A stretch of DNA of 63,813 nucleotides, counting the filler, from Octopus bimaculoides (taxonomy: Eukaryota), in the NCBI RefSeq assembly GCF_001194135.2. It is 5 parts of 5 records of this genome, joined end to end, with 100 filler letters (N's around TTAATTAATTAA, not from the genome) between each part and the next. Parts side by side here need not be neighbours in the genome. Positions count along the whole stretch, not along the records: positions 1 to 29,696 come from NC_069003.1; 4 more parts are not named here. One strand, given 5' to 3'. Each line of letters begins with the position of its first letter. Position 1 is the first letter of the stretch. The notes beneath the pieces were generated by a model. The model had not been told where the DNA came from and searched no databases. It was given only the letters and a program-made list of their open reading frames with translations. Shown here piece after piece: positions 13,676-25,629 of the stretch. Position numbers and translations under genes: made by a program.

Positions 13676-14334
13676 ATACACCCACAGATACACGAGTGCA
13701 TCTTTTTCCTGACTTAGGGACTTTTAGATGATTTACATATATATATATGAATGTATAATTAATTCGTTGTAGAATCCATTTGAATCAAGGTATTATAATT
13801 CACCTAAAGAAAACATTTTTTATGTACCTGTATGCTGGAAAATACAGTAGTCAAATTAGTAAAGCTTTGCCAATGAGATAGATCATCCACAAAAGACGCA
13901 GCTATGGCTAACATAATAAAAATGATAGTTTAAATGATGTTTTAAATTCAAACCTTTGTAATGGAGACAAGAGGAAGGGCATAGCTAGTAATACATGCCT
14001 AATGTGTAACCTAATTTTCTTACCTGTGAAAAAAAGAGGAAAAAAAAACAAACAGAAACAGGGCTCCACCTGGAATCAAATTTGTAGCATCTCTGTTAAG
14101 AATTAGATTCATGGTTTAGCTAATATTACCATATTTGGTATATTTGTTAATTTCAAAACAGTAAGCAGTAAAACTACCTACAAGTGGCTGTGTGGTAAGA
14201 AACCTGCTTCCTAGCCACACAGTTCCGGGTTCAGCCCCACTGTGTGGAACCTTGGGTAAGAGTCTTCTGCTATATAGCCTTAGGCTGACCACAACCTTGT
14301 GAGTGGTTTTGGTAGACAGAAACTGAAAGAAATT

Positions 14335-14560
14335 CGGCAAGCTGGCAGAAACGTTAGCACACTAGGCGAAATGCTTAGTGGTATTTCGTCTGCCGCTATG
14401 TTCTGAGTTCAAATTCCGCCAAGGTCGACTTTGCCTTTCATCCTTTCGGGGTCAATTAAATAAGTACCAGTTATGCACTGGGGTCGATGTAACCAACTTA
14501 ATCCGTTTGTCTGTCCTTGTTTGTCCCCTCTGTGTGTAGCCCCTTGTGGGCAGCAAAAGA
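14335..14560 (+). mobile_element. SINE with MetaSINE-like central domain
   Basis: gagctggcagaaacgttagc...ctttcatcctttcggggtcaattaaataagtaccag; further copies at 24030-25270, 31870-32060, 47580-47720. Confidence 0.6.
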
Positions 14561-14829
14561 AATAAGAAACTGAAAGAAAATCCTTGTATGTGTGTGTGTT
14601 TGACTTTGTGTCTGTGTTTGTCCTCTTCAACCGCTTGACAACCAGTGCCAGTATGTTTATGTCTTAGTGGTTCAGCAAAAGAAACTGATAGAATAAGTAC
14701 CAGGCTTAAAAAAAAAGTACTGGGGTAAATTCATTCAACTAAAAATTCTTCAAGGTGGTGCCCCAGCATGGCCACAGTCAAATGACTGAAACAGATGAAA
14801 GATAAAAAATACCTGTTGATATATATTGC

Positions 14830-16420
14830 AGCCAGTTACATAAAGTAACATCAATGATTGGTGGAGCAACATTATCGTCAGCTGTTATAAGGGTATGCCT
14901 TATATTAGGGGTCTCCAAAGTGGTTGATATCAACTCTTGGGGGTCGATGGGACTATTGAAGGGGGTCAATAAATGCACATCTACTTAATTATTATTATTA
15001 TTATTTATCTATTTATTTTCTTGTACATGCCTGGGATTGATGAGGGATCAAGGATTCCATGAAGGGGTCGATGGTCTAAAATGTTTGGGGATCCCTGCCT
15101 TAGATAGAAGTAACTATAGAGGTATCAAATTGCTGGAGCAGGTCATGAAAGTTACAGAGAAAGTTATAGCCCAATTAATTAGAAACAGAATTAAAGTAGA
15201 TGTGATACAGTTTGGTTTTGTGCTGGGAAGAAGTGCAACTGATGCTATCTTTGTAGGCAGAAGTATTCAGCTAAGTGTAAAACATTATATTTGGCATTTG
15301 TTAACCTGGAGAAAGTCTTCAATATAGTCCCTTGCTTTGTGATATCGTGGTCTCTGAGGATGGTAGGGATACATGAGTAGCTTGTGAAAGCTGTACAAGC
15401 CATGTACAGGGGTGTGGTGAAAGTTAGCCATGAGTACAGTGATAAATTTAATGTGCTGGTAGGTGTTCGCCAGGACACAGGTCTCAGTTTCCTACTATTC
15501 ATCACAGTTACTCAGGCTATAACAAGAAAATTCAAAACTAGTTGCAACTGGGAACAATATATGATGATAATCCTGTTCTCAGAACAGAATTAGAAAAGAA
15601 ATTCCAGGTGTGGAAGCAAAACCTGGAACTGAAGGGCCTTAAAGTTAATTTAGCAAAATCCAAAGTTCTAGTAAGCAGGAAAACATATAGGATCCTACCA
15701 GCTTCAGGTAAATGACTCTGCTTGATATGTAGGAAAGGTGTAGGCAGGAATTCCATTTGGTGTATCCAGTGCAAGTTATGGACACACAAGGGGTGCAGTG
15801 GAATCAGAAAAAGGTTTATGGAAGATATACAGGAGCCATAGAGACTAGTGATACATGGGGAAACTGATTTTCTCAAATGTCCCAGAGGCTCTCCAGAAGA
15901 AGTAGATAGTTTCTGTTATGTAGGCAACATATCTAGCAGTGGAGGAGGATGTTCTGAAAGTGTAGTTGCTCGAATAAGAATAAGGTGGAGAACATTCAGA
16001 GATCTTTTACCTCTGTTGGCAACCAAAGGTCTCTCTCTCCAAGTGAAAGGTAAATTGTATGATGCTTCTGTATGAATGGCTATGCTCAATGGTAATGAGA
16101 CGTGAGCTCTGAATGCAGAGAACATGCATAGACTGGAGAGGAATGAAGCTAGTATGCTCCCCTGAATGTACAACATCAGTGTGCATGTATAGCAAAGTGC
16201 AAAAGTTAGGCATGAGAGAAATCAAATGTAGTGTACAAGAGAGAAGACTGCACTGGTTTGGCTATGTGATGTGTATGGATGAGATGAATAACATAAAGTG
16301 CTAATTGCTTAAAATAGATGGAACTTGTGGAAGGGAAACCCAGCATGGCATTGGACAAAGTATTGGAGGCTAATCTCAAGATGCTGAACCTTAAAGAGAA
16401 GATAACAGGCATTTTACTGT
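14830..16420 (+). mobile_element. RTE LINE reverse-transcriptase fragment (degenerate)
   Basis: ALDRSNYRGIKLLEQVMKV, QFGFVLGRSATDAIF, FCYVG...SSSGGCSESVVARIRI, RLHWFGYV. Confidence 0.85.
14906..15097. mobile_element. hAT-type MITE inserted in the RTE
   Basis: TIRs taggggtctccaaa / tttggggatccctg; 8-bp TSD ccttatat (14898-14905) / ccttagat (15098-15105). Confidence 0.7.
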
Positions 16421-16599
16421 GCTCATGAAGCCCCATCAATTACAGCAAAAATAATATCCTAAAACCACTCAGTTATGTTTGTATATGCCAGGGCTCTATC
16501 CTTCTCTCTCCACTCATTAAGCATTCCCACCAATTTTCCTCCCTCCCCCATCTGTGGTGCTGCTGTACTCACCTGAGAGCAGAATCAGCATATATTACA

Positions 16600-17140
16600 T
16601 CCCACCCACTCCCTAATGGTCACTCTTCCCCGACCACTGAACTGCTTCCATTTCACATCATTTCAACCAATCAGCTCCTTTCTGTGCCTTCAACCAATGG
16701 CCTCTCTCCCTTCTGCAATACTCCATTCTAAACACCACCCTGATCTGCAATCATTCTCACCACCCTCTCATATCTACCACCATAACCCACCCACAGCAGC
16801 CCCTTATGTATCCCTATATCTCCCCCTCTCCACAGCTCTTACACCTTATACATCATTCTACTACTTTCCGATCTGTTCTCCTTCCTGAGCCATTCCTATA
16901 AGTCTCCACCTCGACCCCTCTATATACTGGTATTTCCCACCCTTGTTTACTCTTAAGAAAGCATCTCCTCTCTTTATGCTCACCTTCTCATACCTGGAGA
17001 GTTTGCTTCAGCACCCCCATCACCACCTTCCATTTATGCCCTTCAGCCAGAAAGACACCTGTGCTTGTCCCTCTATCATGCTTTAGCCTTTCAATTTCTG
17101 ACATAAAGCCACCCACCTCCACCTACTCTCAAATACATCC
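16600..17140 (+). mobile_element. Highly degenerate C/T-rich Penelope-like RT remnant
   Basis: LSISDIKPPTSTYS resembles the PLE thumb motif (STSVYxKPT); otherwise low complexity. Confidence 0.3.
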
Positions 17141-18181
17141 TCTTAGTAGTGGGAGCTTCTTCCCCTTCCTTTTTCCCCCGCTCTTTTTGCTTTGCAAGTT
17201 ACATGGCAACCTCACGAGTGTCCTTCCTAATGCCAAACACTTTGTAAAGTGGTTGGCATTAGGAAAAGCATCCAGCCATAGAAACCATGCCAAAGATGAC
17301 ATTGAAGCTCAATGCAACCTTGCAACTCACCGGTTCCTGTCAAACTGTCAGCATGAAAGCAGATGTTAAATGACGATGGTAATGATGATGATGATGATTG
17401 GAAGGAACATTTTGGTTTGGATTACTTTAAGCCTTTAAAATACACTACCTTTGTTCCAATTAATTTTGAAAATAATGAAGAATTTAGTAGAATATCTTTG
17501 TTATACTTAAGCTTGAGTCTGGAACATAAATAAACATGAAGTTTCAGTAGAAAGTTTTAATTTAAATCATTTTACAACCAGAACTTCATACAAAAGGACT
17601 GAAGATGCTCCCTAGAAGGTTCGTGTCATCTTCCAAATAAACATTCCAACAAAAGAATCTCTTCTCTCATAAATATATTTCCTGTGTTTTAGTATTTTAC
17701 AGCTAACTAATTCTTCCTGATCTTCTTTGAAGCAAGCAAAAACAAGAGCGGGCGCAGTTACAATAAGTTAATTGCAGTTTTATGTTCAATGTTGCACCAT
17801 AGTGACTAAAGACAGAGTACATCAAGTTATGTGCGCATAACTACTAATGGCTTCACCAATAAGGGGAGCAAAAAGAGAATTATGAGTTCATTGCAAAATG
17901 TCGATCACTAACCTTCATAGAAATGTGTGCATGCACATGTATACATATACATACCTTTATATATGTGCATGTGCATGATACATACGCATATGTATATGAA
18001 TAATAACGTATTTATATATATATATATATATCACAGGTGAGGGTTGGCAAGAGGAAGGGTGTCCAGCTGTAGAGAAACCCACTGCTTGCCTACCTTGAGT
18101 AGCTGTCTGACCCATGCAAGCATAGAAGAATGGATGTTAATGTGACAATGGTGATGATGATGATATGTTTGCATGCATGGA

Positions 18182-18244
<63 letters not shown>

Positions 18245-18293
18245 ATAATGTAATACATTAAGAGGCAAAAAGTGAGCGAATAGAAGAAAGGTC

Positions 18294-18346
<53 letters not shown>

Positions 18347-18839
18347 CAAACGTAGAGGCAGCATATGAGCAAAAGAAAAAGATGACCAAGAAATTCTTCA
18401 AATGAAACAGGGATACACATTTTAGAATGCATACCTGTGTGTGTGTATGTGTGTGGTTTTCAGATGTTTATGTGTGTATGTTTATGAGTATGTCCATATG
18501 TATGGAGTAAATTGCATGCGTTTTGCATGTGCCTTGTCTGCACACACTGACATGCTGTTCCCTGCATCTTCAACAATTCCAGTACACAAAGACAATAGAA
18601 TATTCTACATTTTTTGCGGGTAATCACAGATAGGCTAGAAATTGCGGCAATCTCTCAAAGTTCTATAGAAAATTGTCTCAAATTTGTTTTATTATTATTA
18701 TTATTATGATTATTTGTTTTTTGTTGTCTTCTCTTTCTCTTGCAAATTACCACCACCGCCACCACTGCTGGCATCATTATTATTACTGCTACCACCACCA
18801 TCAATGTCATGATCAATGCCACCATCACGACCATTATGG

Positions 18840-19019
18840 TTATTGGCTTTTCCCATTTTTGTTAGGTTTAGTTCCATTTTGAGTAGGGTCAATGTTCTTT
18901 TCCAATGATAAGAATGTTGGTGACAAATCTGTTCTGTCAAGTTCATTGCTAGAAATATGGTAGGGTGTGTTGTAGTCAGTCTTGTATACATTATCTCTGA
19001 TTGTATCTTGTGTGCCAAA
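18840..19019 (-). CDS. Patched-domain protein (PTCHD3-like), terminal coding exon
   Basis: ttttttctag| acceptor, phase 0 matching the upstream exon; 59 aa FGTQDTIRDNVYK...NKNGKSQ then TAA. Confidence 0.65.
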   Translation of the reverse strand, partial: FGTQDTIRDNVYKTDYNTPYHISSNELDRTDLSPTFLSLEKNIDPTQNGTKPNKNGKSQ

Positions 19020-19249
19020 CTAGAAAAAAAGAAACAAACAAACAATGAGTGCCAATGTAAGCATTTATATTATATGGTTGCTTGACATGCTAGAAACATC
19101 AACCAAACTTCATTCAACTCACTCAAAAAATGATAAGAAAGAGAATGCACATATTAGGGGGTAATGTAGACTTAGATATACGTGTCCAGAAAAAGAAAGA
19201 AAAAAACAATGAAATATGTTGTTTGGCTGCTGGGGTCATGTAATCCCTA

Positions 19250-19530
19250 AGGAAGCCCCTTTGGCAGCACTGCTCTAGCTCCTAGAAGATGAAGTTCTGC
19301 ATCTACAATGTTTCAATCCTTTCCATTCTCCTACATGGAGTAGAAATACGGCCCCTCAAGAAGACCCTGGCAAAGAGGATCAACGGCTTCAATAGCAGAG
19401 CCCTGAGAACCATTGAGAACATTAGATGACACCATCATGTTTCCAACAAAGAACTGCATGTATGCACACATCAGTCTGCAATCTCCTACCTCATAGCTAT
19501 CCGCCACATGTGCAAGTTTAACAGTCTTCA
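19250..19530 (+). mobile_element. LINE RT C-terminal fragment
   Basis: MKFCIYNVSI-SILLHGVEIRPLKKTLAKRINGFNSRALRTIENIR pattern typical of RTE-like C-termini. Confidence 0.55.
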
Positions 19531-19589
19531 GAGTGCAACCTAGGTTATTGAGCAGAGTCCATACACCACCATATATAAAAAAGTATCAA

Positions 19590-20010
19590 AGGCAATAGAA
19601 TTGGCAGAACATAAATAGCACCTGTGACAGTGACACATAAAAGGCACCTATGTGCCAGTGATGCGTAAAAAGCACCCGTGATGATGGTATGTAAAAGGCA
19701 CCTGTACCGGTGATGTGGAAAGGCACCTGTGCCAGTGACGCATGAGGGGCACCCATGCCAGTGATGCATGAGAGGCACTCATGCTGGTGGCACATGAAAG
19801 GCACCTATGCTGGTGACACGTGAGAGGCACTTGTGCTTGTGACACATAAGAAGCATCCACTACACTCTTGGAGTGGTTGGCATTAGGAAGGGCATCCAGC
19901 CATAGAACCAAGCAAAAACAAATGACTGGAGTCTGGTACAGCTCTCCAGTTTACCAGTTCCAGTCAAACCATCTAACCCATGCCAGCATGGAAAATAGAC
20001 ACTAAATGAT
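19590..20010 (+). mobile_element. RTE-tail repeat with ~24-bp tandem array
   Basis: About ten degenerate aaaggcacctgtgccagtgatgcat units, then the common tail ending taaatgatgagg. Confidence 0.7.
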
Positions 20011-20928
20011 GAGGATTTTATATATATATATATATATAACAAATGAAAGCCAGAAGATGGAATATACGAGAATTTATTATTAATCAGGACAATTGCTTCG
20101 ACACATCTAGCAACGATTCCTCTTGGGTGGGACACTCAACAACTGGTTCAAGAGCCACCAGTGGTGCAAATGTATCTTGTCGAGTGATAAATAAATAAAA
20201 TCAATTCGTTAAAATGACTGTTTTACAATGTAACTTTCTATTTTGTAGAGAGAAAAACAGCCAGACGGAGGAAAATTCTTATATATAGAAGATCAAAACT
20301 AAAATTGCAGATGGCAAAAAGAGAAACGAACATGCAATCCAGTGAGAAAAGTATTGAAAATAACCGTTAACAGAAATGGATGTATAAACGCCCCCAGGCA
20401 AGCTGCATGGCATGAGTACACATGCTCATACAAGAATCAGCAAAAATGTGAGCATATGCACATGCGATGTTTCGTGCACTCAAAGTGAATTATTTATTTA
20501 CTTGATGTTTAGAAGAATGGGAAGATTAAAAGTAAACTTAAGTCATCCATACCTTAAAGTAAATTAAATTAAATTAAGTTAATGGTTACTCAAAATTCAT
20601 TCTCACTGCATTGTGCAAAAGCTCTAACCACTGAGCCATGTGCCTTCACTATANNNNNNNNNNNNNNNNNNNNNNNNNNNNNNNNNNNNNNNNNNNNNNN
20701 NNNNNNNNNNNNNNNNNNNNNNNNNNNNNNNNNNNNNNNNNNNNNNNNNNNNNNNNNNNNNNNNNNNNNNNNNNNNNNNNNNNNNNNNNNNNNNNNNNNN
20801 NNNNNNNNNNNNNNNNNNNNNNNNNNNNNNNNNNNNNNNNNNNNNNNNNNNNNNNNNNNNNNNNNNNNNNNNNNNNNNNAAAAAAACGAAGTAAAACAAA
20901 AAAAAAAATACATAAAGAAAGGGTTTAC

Positions 20929-21120
20929 CTCGTTGTGAAGGTCCAGTCCCACATTATTGATCCCAGACATTCTGTTGGAAAAAACTGACTTGATTTTACT
21001 GAATTTCCGCACTTTCACATTTTTCGCTGAGGGGTAGGACGGGGGAGCAAAGATGCTTAATAACACTGGTAGAAATATGATGCCATGAAAGAGACCGAAC
21101 ATGACGACAAGCAGGAATAT
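20929..21120 (-). CDS. Patched-domain protein exon (last TM helix)
   Basis: tttctactttag| acceptor, GAG|GTAAAC donor, 192 nt phase 0/0; IFLLVVMFGLFHGIIFLPVLLS is the typical Patched/NPC1-family last TM. Confidence 0.88.
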
Positions 21121-21797
21121 CTAAAGTAGAAAAACACAAAGGAGGAATCAAGAGTGAGTGTATAAATGAGCATGAAAGAGTGTTACATGTGTGAATGTGT
21201 GCTACATGTGTTTGCATGCTTATGTGTTTGTGCGAGTCTGTTTCAGTTTATGCATGTATGCATTGTATAAGAGGGTGTCAAAATAGAAAAGTATAAAGAA
21301 AAAGAAATAAAAAAGAAGAGAGAGTACTACATCTGACATTTTCAACAGGTATGGCTGTGTGGTAGGAAGCTTGCTTCCCGGTTCAGTCCCACTGTGTGGT
21401 ACTTTGGCAAGTGTCTTCTACTATAGCCTCGGGCTGACCAAAGCCTTGTGAGTGGATTTGATAGATGAAAACTGAACGAAGCCTATCATAGATATCTTTT
21501 TACTTTTTCTTTTACTTGTTTCAGTCATTAGACTGTGACCATGTTGGGGCACTACCTTGAAAAATTTTTAGTCAAATGTATTGACCCCAGTACTTAATAC
21601 TTTTGCTAAGCCTGGTAGTTATTCTATCAATCTTTTTTGCCAAACCACTAAGTTACAGGGATGTAAACACACCAACACCAGTTATCAACACACACATCTC
21701 TATAAAAGACGGAAGTGGAAATAGCACAGAAGTAAGTCTAAGACATTTCAATTTAAGAGGGAATTTAATAAGAATGATTTAAAAAATTATATAACGA

Positions 21798-21838
21798 AAA
21801 TGTTACCGGTTTCGATGAATCTCATCTTATCAAATATT
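21798..21838 (-). ncRNA. Degenerate minimal hammerhead-ribozyme motif
   Basis: aatat-TTGATAA-gatga(gat)tcatc-GAAA-CCG-GTA-acatt: stem II intact, palindromic ACCGGT stem III, two core transitions versus CUGAUGA. Confidence 0.35.
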
Positions 21839-22484
21839 AGTAAAAATTTATAAAAATTTGAAGTAAAAACAGTTTATCTTTTGTCTGGGGGTCAAAAACG
21901 AGTCTTGACTCTAAAACAGAAGATCAGTTGCTTTTACTTCAAATTTTTATAAATTTTTACTGATAACACCAGGCTCCAATCTGATTTGGCAGAGTTTCTA
22001 CAGTGGTTGGCGTTAGGAAGGGCATCCNNNNNNNNNNNNNNNNNNNNNNNNNNNNNNNNNNNNNNNNNNNNNNNNNNNNNNNNNNNNNNNNNNNNNNNNN
22101 NNNNNNNNNNNNNNNNNNNNNNNNNNNNNNNNNNNNNNNNNNNNNNNNNNNNNNNNNNNNNNNNNNNNNNNNNNNNNNNNNNNNNNNNNNNNNNNNNNNN
22201 NNNNNNNNNNNNNNNNNNNNNNNNNNNNNNNNNNNNNNNNNNNNNNNNNNNNNNNNNNNNNNNNNNNNNNNNNNNNNNNNNNNNNNNNNNNNNNNNNNNN
22301 NNNNNNNNNNNNNNNNNNNNNNNNNNNNNNNNNNNNNNNNNNNNNNNNNNNNNNNNNNNNNNNNNNNNNNNNNNNNNNNNNNNNNNNNNNNNNNNNNNNN
22401 NNNNNNNNNNNNNNNNNNNNNNNNNNNNNNNNNNNNNNNNNNNNNNNNNNNNNNNNNNNNNNNNNNNNNNNNNNNNNNNNNNNN

Positions 22485-22516
<32 letters not shown>

Positions 22517-22994
22517 GAATGTATGTATATTTATATGTGTGAAGTCCTTGTGTGTTTGTTTGTTCCCCACCATCACTTAACAACCGGTGTTGATGAGTTT
22601 ACATCCATGTAACTTAGCAGTTCAACAAAAGTTACTGATAAAATAAGTACTAGGATTAAAAAAAATAAGTCCTGGGGGTCAATTTGTTTAACAAAAACCC
22701 TTCAAGGCGGTGCCCCAGCATGGCTGCAATGAAATGCTTGATACAAGAAGGTAAAAGATAAAATATCTACAGCCACCACAGGTTTCTACACAGTTTCCAT
22801 CAACAAATTCACTCACAAGGTATTGGTCGTCTTGGAGCTATAATGAAAGACACTTGCCCAAGGTGTTGTGCAATGGGACTGAACACAAAACCACATGGCT
22901 GCAAAGTGAGCATCTTAACTATATAGTCATGCCTGTACCTATAAAGTTTTGTCATGTCCACATATATACACCCACTCCTTCCATATATATATAA

Positions 22995-23318
22995 CGGAGG
23001 CCACTACGTGGACTGCTAATGTGCTAGAAGAAGATCACATGTCATGTGTCTCCTAAGACTGAACAATTCTCAAAGGGCATTCAGCGAAGCAACAAAAACG
23101 TAAATCGGGCAAGACCAGTGAAAATTACACAAAAAAATACAATTATCTGTAAACATATGTTTCGAAATCAATATTTTCTTACCGAAAATATCTGTTTCTC
23201 ATCAGTACAGACCGTTGGAGAGATACAATTTAGAGAATCGCACACATTATTCAGTCTTAGTAGACACATGACATGTGATCTTCTTCTAGCACATTAGCAG
23301 TCCACCTAGTGGTCTCCT
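22995..23318. mobile_element. MITE with ~65-bp terminal inverted repeats
   Basis: ccactacgtggactgctaatgtgctagaagaagatcacatgtcatgtgtct / agacacatgacatgtgatcttcttctagcacattagcagtccacctagtgg in (TA)n context. Confidence 0.75.
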
Positions 23319-23536
23319 TTATATATATATTTTTATATATTCTTATATATACATATACAATAATCGTTTGAGATCTCAGATTTTTTCTAAATCTCCCCGA
23401 TTCTTTTAATGTGCTTGTTACCTGGTATTAAATTGATATTAATTAATATCCAATTTTTTTACCCTATTGTTTAATTTTTATATATATATATATATATACC
23501 ACTCTCTCACTCTCTCCACCTTACAGAACAAGTTAC

Positions 23537-23612
23537 CTTAAAAAACGTCCNNNNNNNNNNCCACCATGGAATACAGGGGGGCCTATTTCTTTCATGGTTA
23601 TAATCATTCGAT
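23537..23612 (-). CDS. Patched-domain protein exon, middle lost in a 10-N placeholder gap
   Basis: (t)17acag| acceptor phase 1; DRMIITMKEIGPPVFHGG-[N10]-TFFK; AAG|GTAACT donor phase 0. Confidence 0.85.
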
Positions 23613-23991
23613 CTGTAAAAAAAAAAAAAAAAAAGCAAGAATAATGTTATCTGCTGCAAGTGATGCTGATGTTGGTGGTAGTGGAAATAGAAAATGAATG
23701 AAAGACACTTATAATAGAAGCGGTGGTAGTGGTGATGGGAATAGTGATGCTGATGGTGGTTGAACTAAAGGTAGTAGTTAGTAGTGGTGGCAGCATTATT
23801 ATTGTTATCATCATTATTATTATTATTATTGAAGTGTGAGCTGGCAGAGTAAAGTTGACCTCAGCAGAATTCGAACTCAGAACGTAAAGGCAGACAGTCA
23901 TAATATGCAAACATTTCTCAAGGCACCAGTACACTGTTTACAGATGCTTACATTTTTTGTGCTTTCCATGAATTTTTCACAGGTCCAGCTA

Positions 23992-24029
<38 letters not shown>

Positions 24030-24035
<6 letters not shown>

Positions 24036-24503
24036 GGTGGTGAGCTGGCAGAAACATTAGCATGCCGGATGAAGCGCTTAGCGGTATTTCACCCGTCACT
24101 ACATTCTGAGTTCAAATTCCACTGAGGTTGACCTTTCAGGGTTGATAAAATAAGTACCAGTTACATACTGAGGTCAATCAAAATTTCAGGCCTTGTGCCT
24201 ATAGTAGAAAGGATTATTATTATTATTATTATTATTATCATCATCATCATACTAATAAATAATAATCTTTTCTACTCAAGGCACAAAGCCCGAAATTTTG
24301 GGGTAGGTGGGGCCAGTTGATTATATCACCCCTAGTACGCAACTGGTACTTAATTTATCAACCCTGAAAGGATGAAAGGCAAAGTCGACCTCGGTGGAAC
24401 TAATAAATAATAATAGTATAAGTGGTGGTGGTGGTGGTGGTGGTGGTGATAGAGTAGTGATGTTAATGGTAGTTCAATTGAGAGTAGTTGTTAATAGTAG
24501 TGA

Positions 24504-24542
<39 letters not shown>

Positions 24543-25270
24543 GGTGATGAGCTGGCAGACTCGTTAGCACACCGGACAAAATGCTTAGCGGTATTTCGTC
24601 TGCAGCTGTATTCTGAGTTCAAATTCTGCCAAGGCTGACTCTGCCTTTCATCCATTCGGGGTCGATAAAATAAGTACCAGTGAAACACTAGGGTTGATAA
24701 AATAAGTACCAGTCAAACACTGGGGTTGATGTATTCAACTCATTCCCTTCCCCAAAATTTCTGCCCTTGTGGCAAAATTTGAAACCATCATTATGATTAC
24801 TATTTTATTATTATCTAAGGTGGCGAGCTGGCAGAATTGTTAGCAAGTTGTGCAAAATACTTAGCCTCATTTCATCCATCTTTACATTTTGAGTTCAAAT
24901 TCTGCCGAGGTTGATTTTGTCTTTCATCCTTTCAGGGGTTAATAAATTAAGTACCAGTGAAACACTAGGGTTAATGTAATCGACTACTTTCCTCCCCACA
25001 AATTTCAGGCCTTGTGTCTACAGTAGAAAGGACTACTATTATTATTATTGTCATACTAATTAATAATGGTTTCAAATTTTGGCACAAGGCCAGCAATTTC
25101 AGGGGAAGGGATAAATCGATTGCATAAACCCCAGGGCTCAACTGGTATTTATTTTATCAAATCTGAAAGGATGAAAGGCAAAGTTGACCTTGGCGATATC
25201 TGAAGTCAGATCATGAAGATGGACAAAATACTGCAAAGCATTTTGCCCGGCATGCTAATGATTCTGCCAG
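24030..25270. mobile_element. Cluster of MetaSINE-like SINE copies in both orientations among (ATT)n/(GGT)n tracts
   Basis: Repeated aaggtg(g/a)tgagctggcaga...aagtaccag blocks; inverse copy at ~25070-25280. Confidence 0.65.
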
Positions 25271-25374
25271 CTTGCTACCATTGTTGTTATACTACTAATA
25301 ATAATATTTAGTACTAGTTGGGTGGTGTGGTTATCAGGATAGAAAAAGAGGCACCAAGAAAGAAGATGACTAAC

Positions 25375-25519
25375 CATTATTTTTTCCCTTCATTGTCATG
25401 TAAGTAAAACCAATATGGACAGAGTAGTCAACCACCAGACCAACAGAAATGGTTACAATGACACAGGATGTTGTGTCAATGTAGAGACCCCAGAAGTTCA
25501 GTGATCCACTAATGTCCAC
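25375..25519 (-). CDS. Patched-domain protein exon
   Basis: tatttcag| acceptor, G|GTTAGT donor, 145 nt phase 0/1; VDISGSLNFWGLYIDTTSCVIVTISVGLVVDYSVHIG (family motif GLxVDYSxHI). Confidence 0.9.
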
Positions 25520-25597
25520 CTGAAATAGGAGAGAAATAACGTTACACATATTACATATTTACACATATTACATATTTATGTATGTGTATGTATCTAC

Positions 25598-25629
<32 letters not shown>

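Noticed and set aside
18673-18882. His-rich and other homopolymeric ORFs (also 23647-23934, 32342-32569, 40683-40892)
   Set aside because: Translations of trinucleotide microsatellites.
20083-20148. Hammerhead-like TTGTTGA...GAAG-CAATTG-TC on the minus strand
   Set aside because: Three core mismatches and no pairing helix II.
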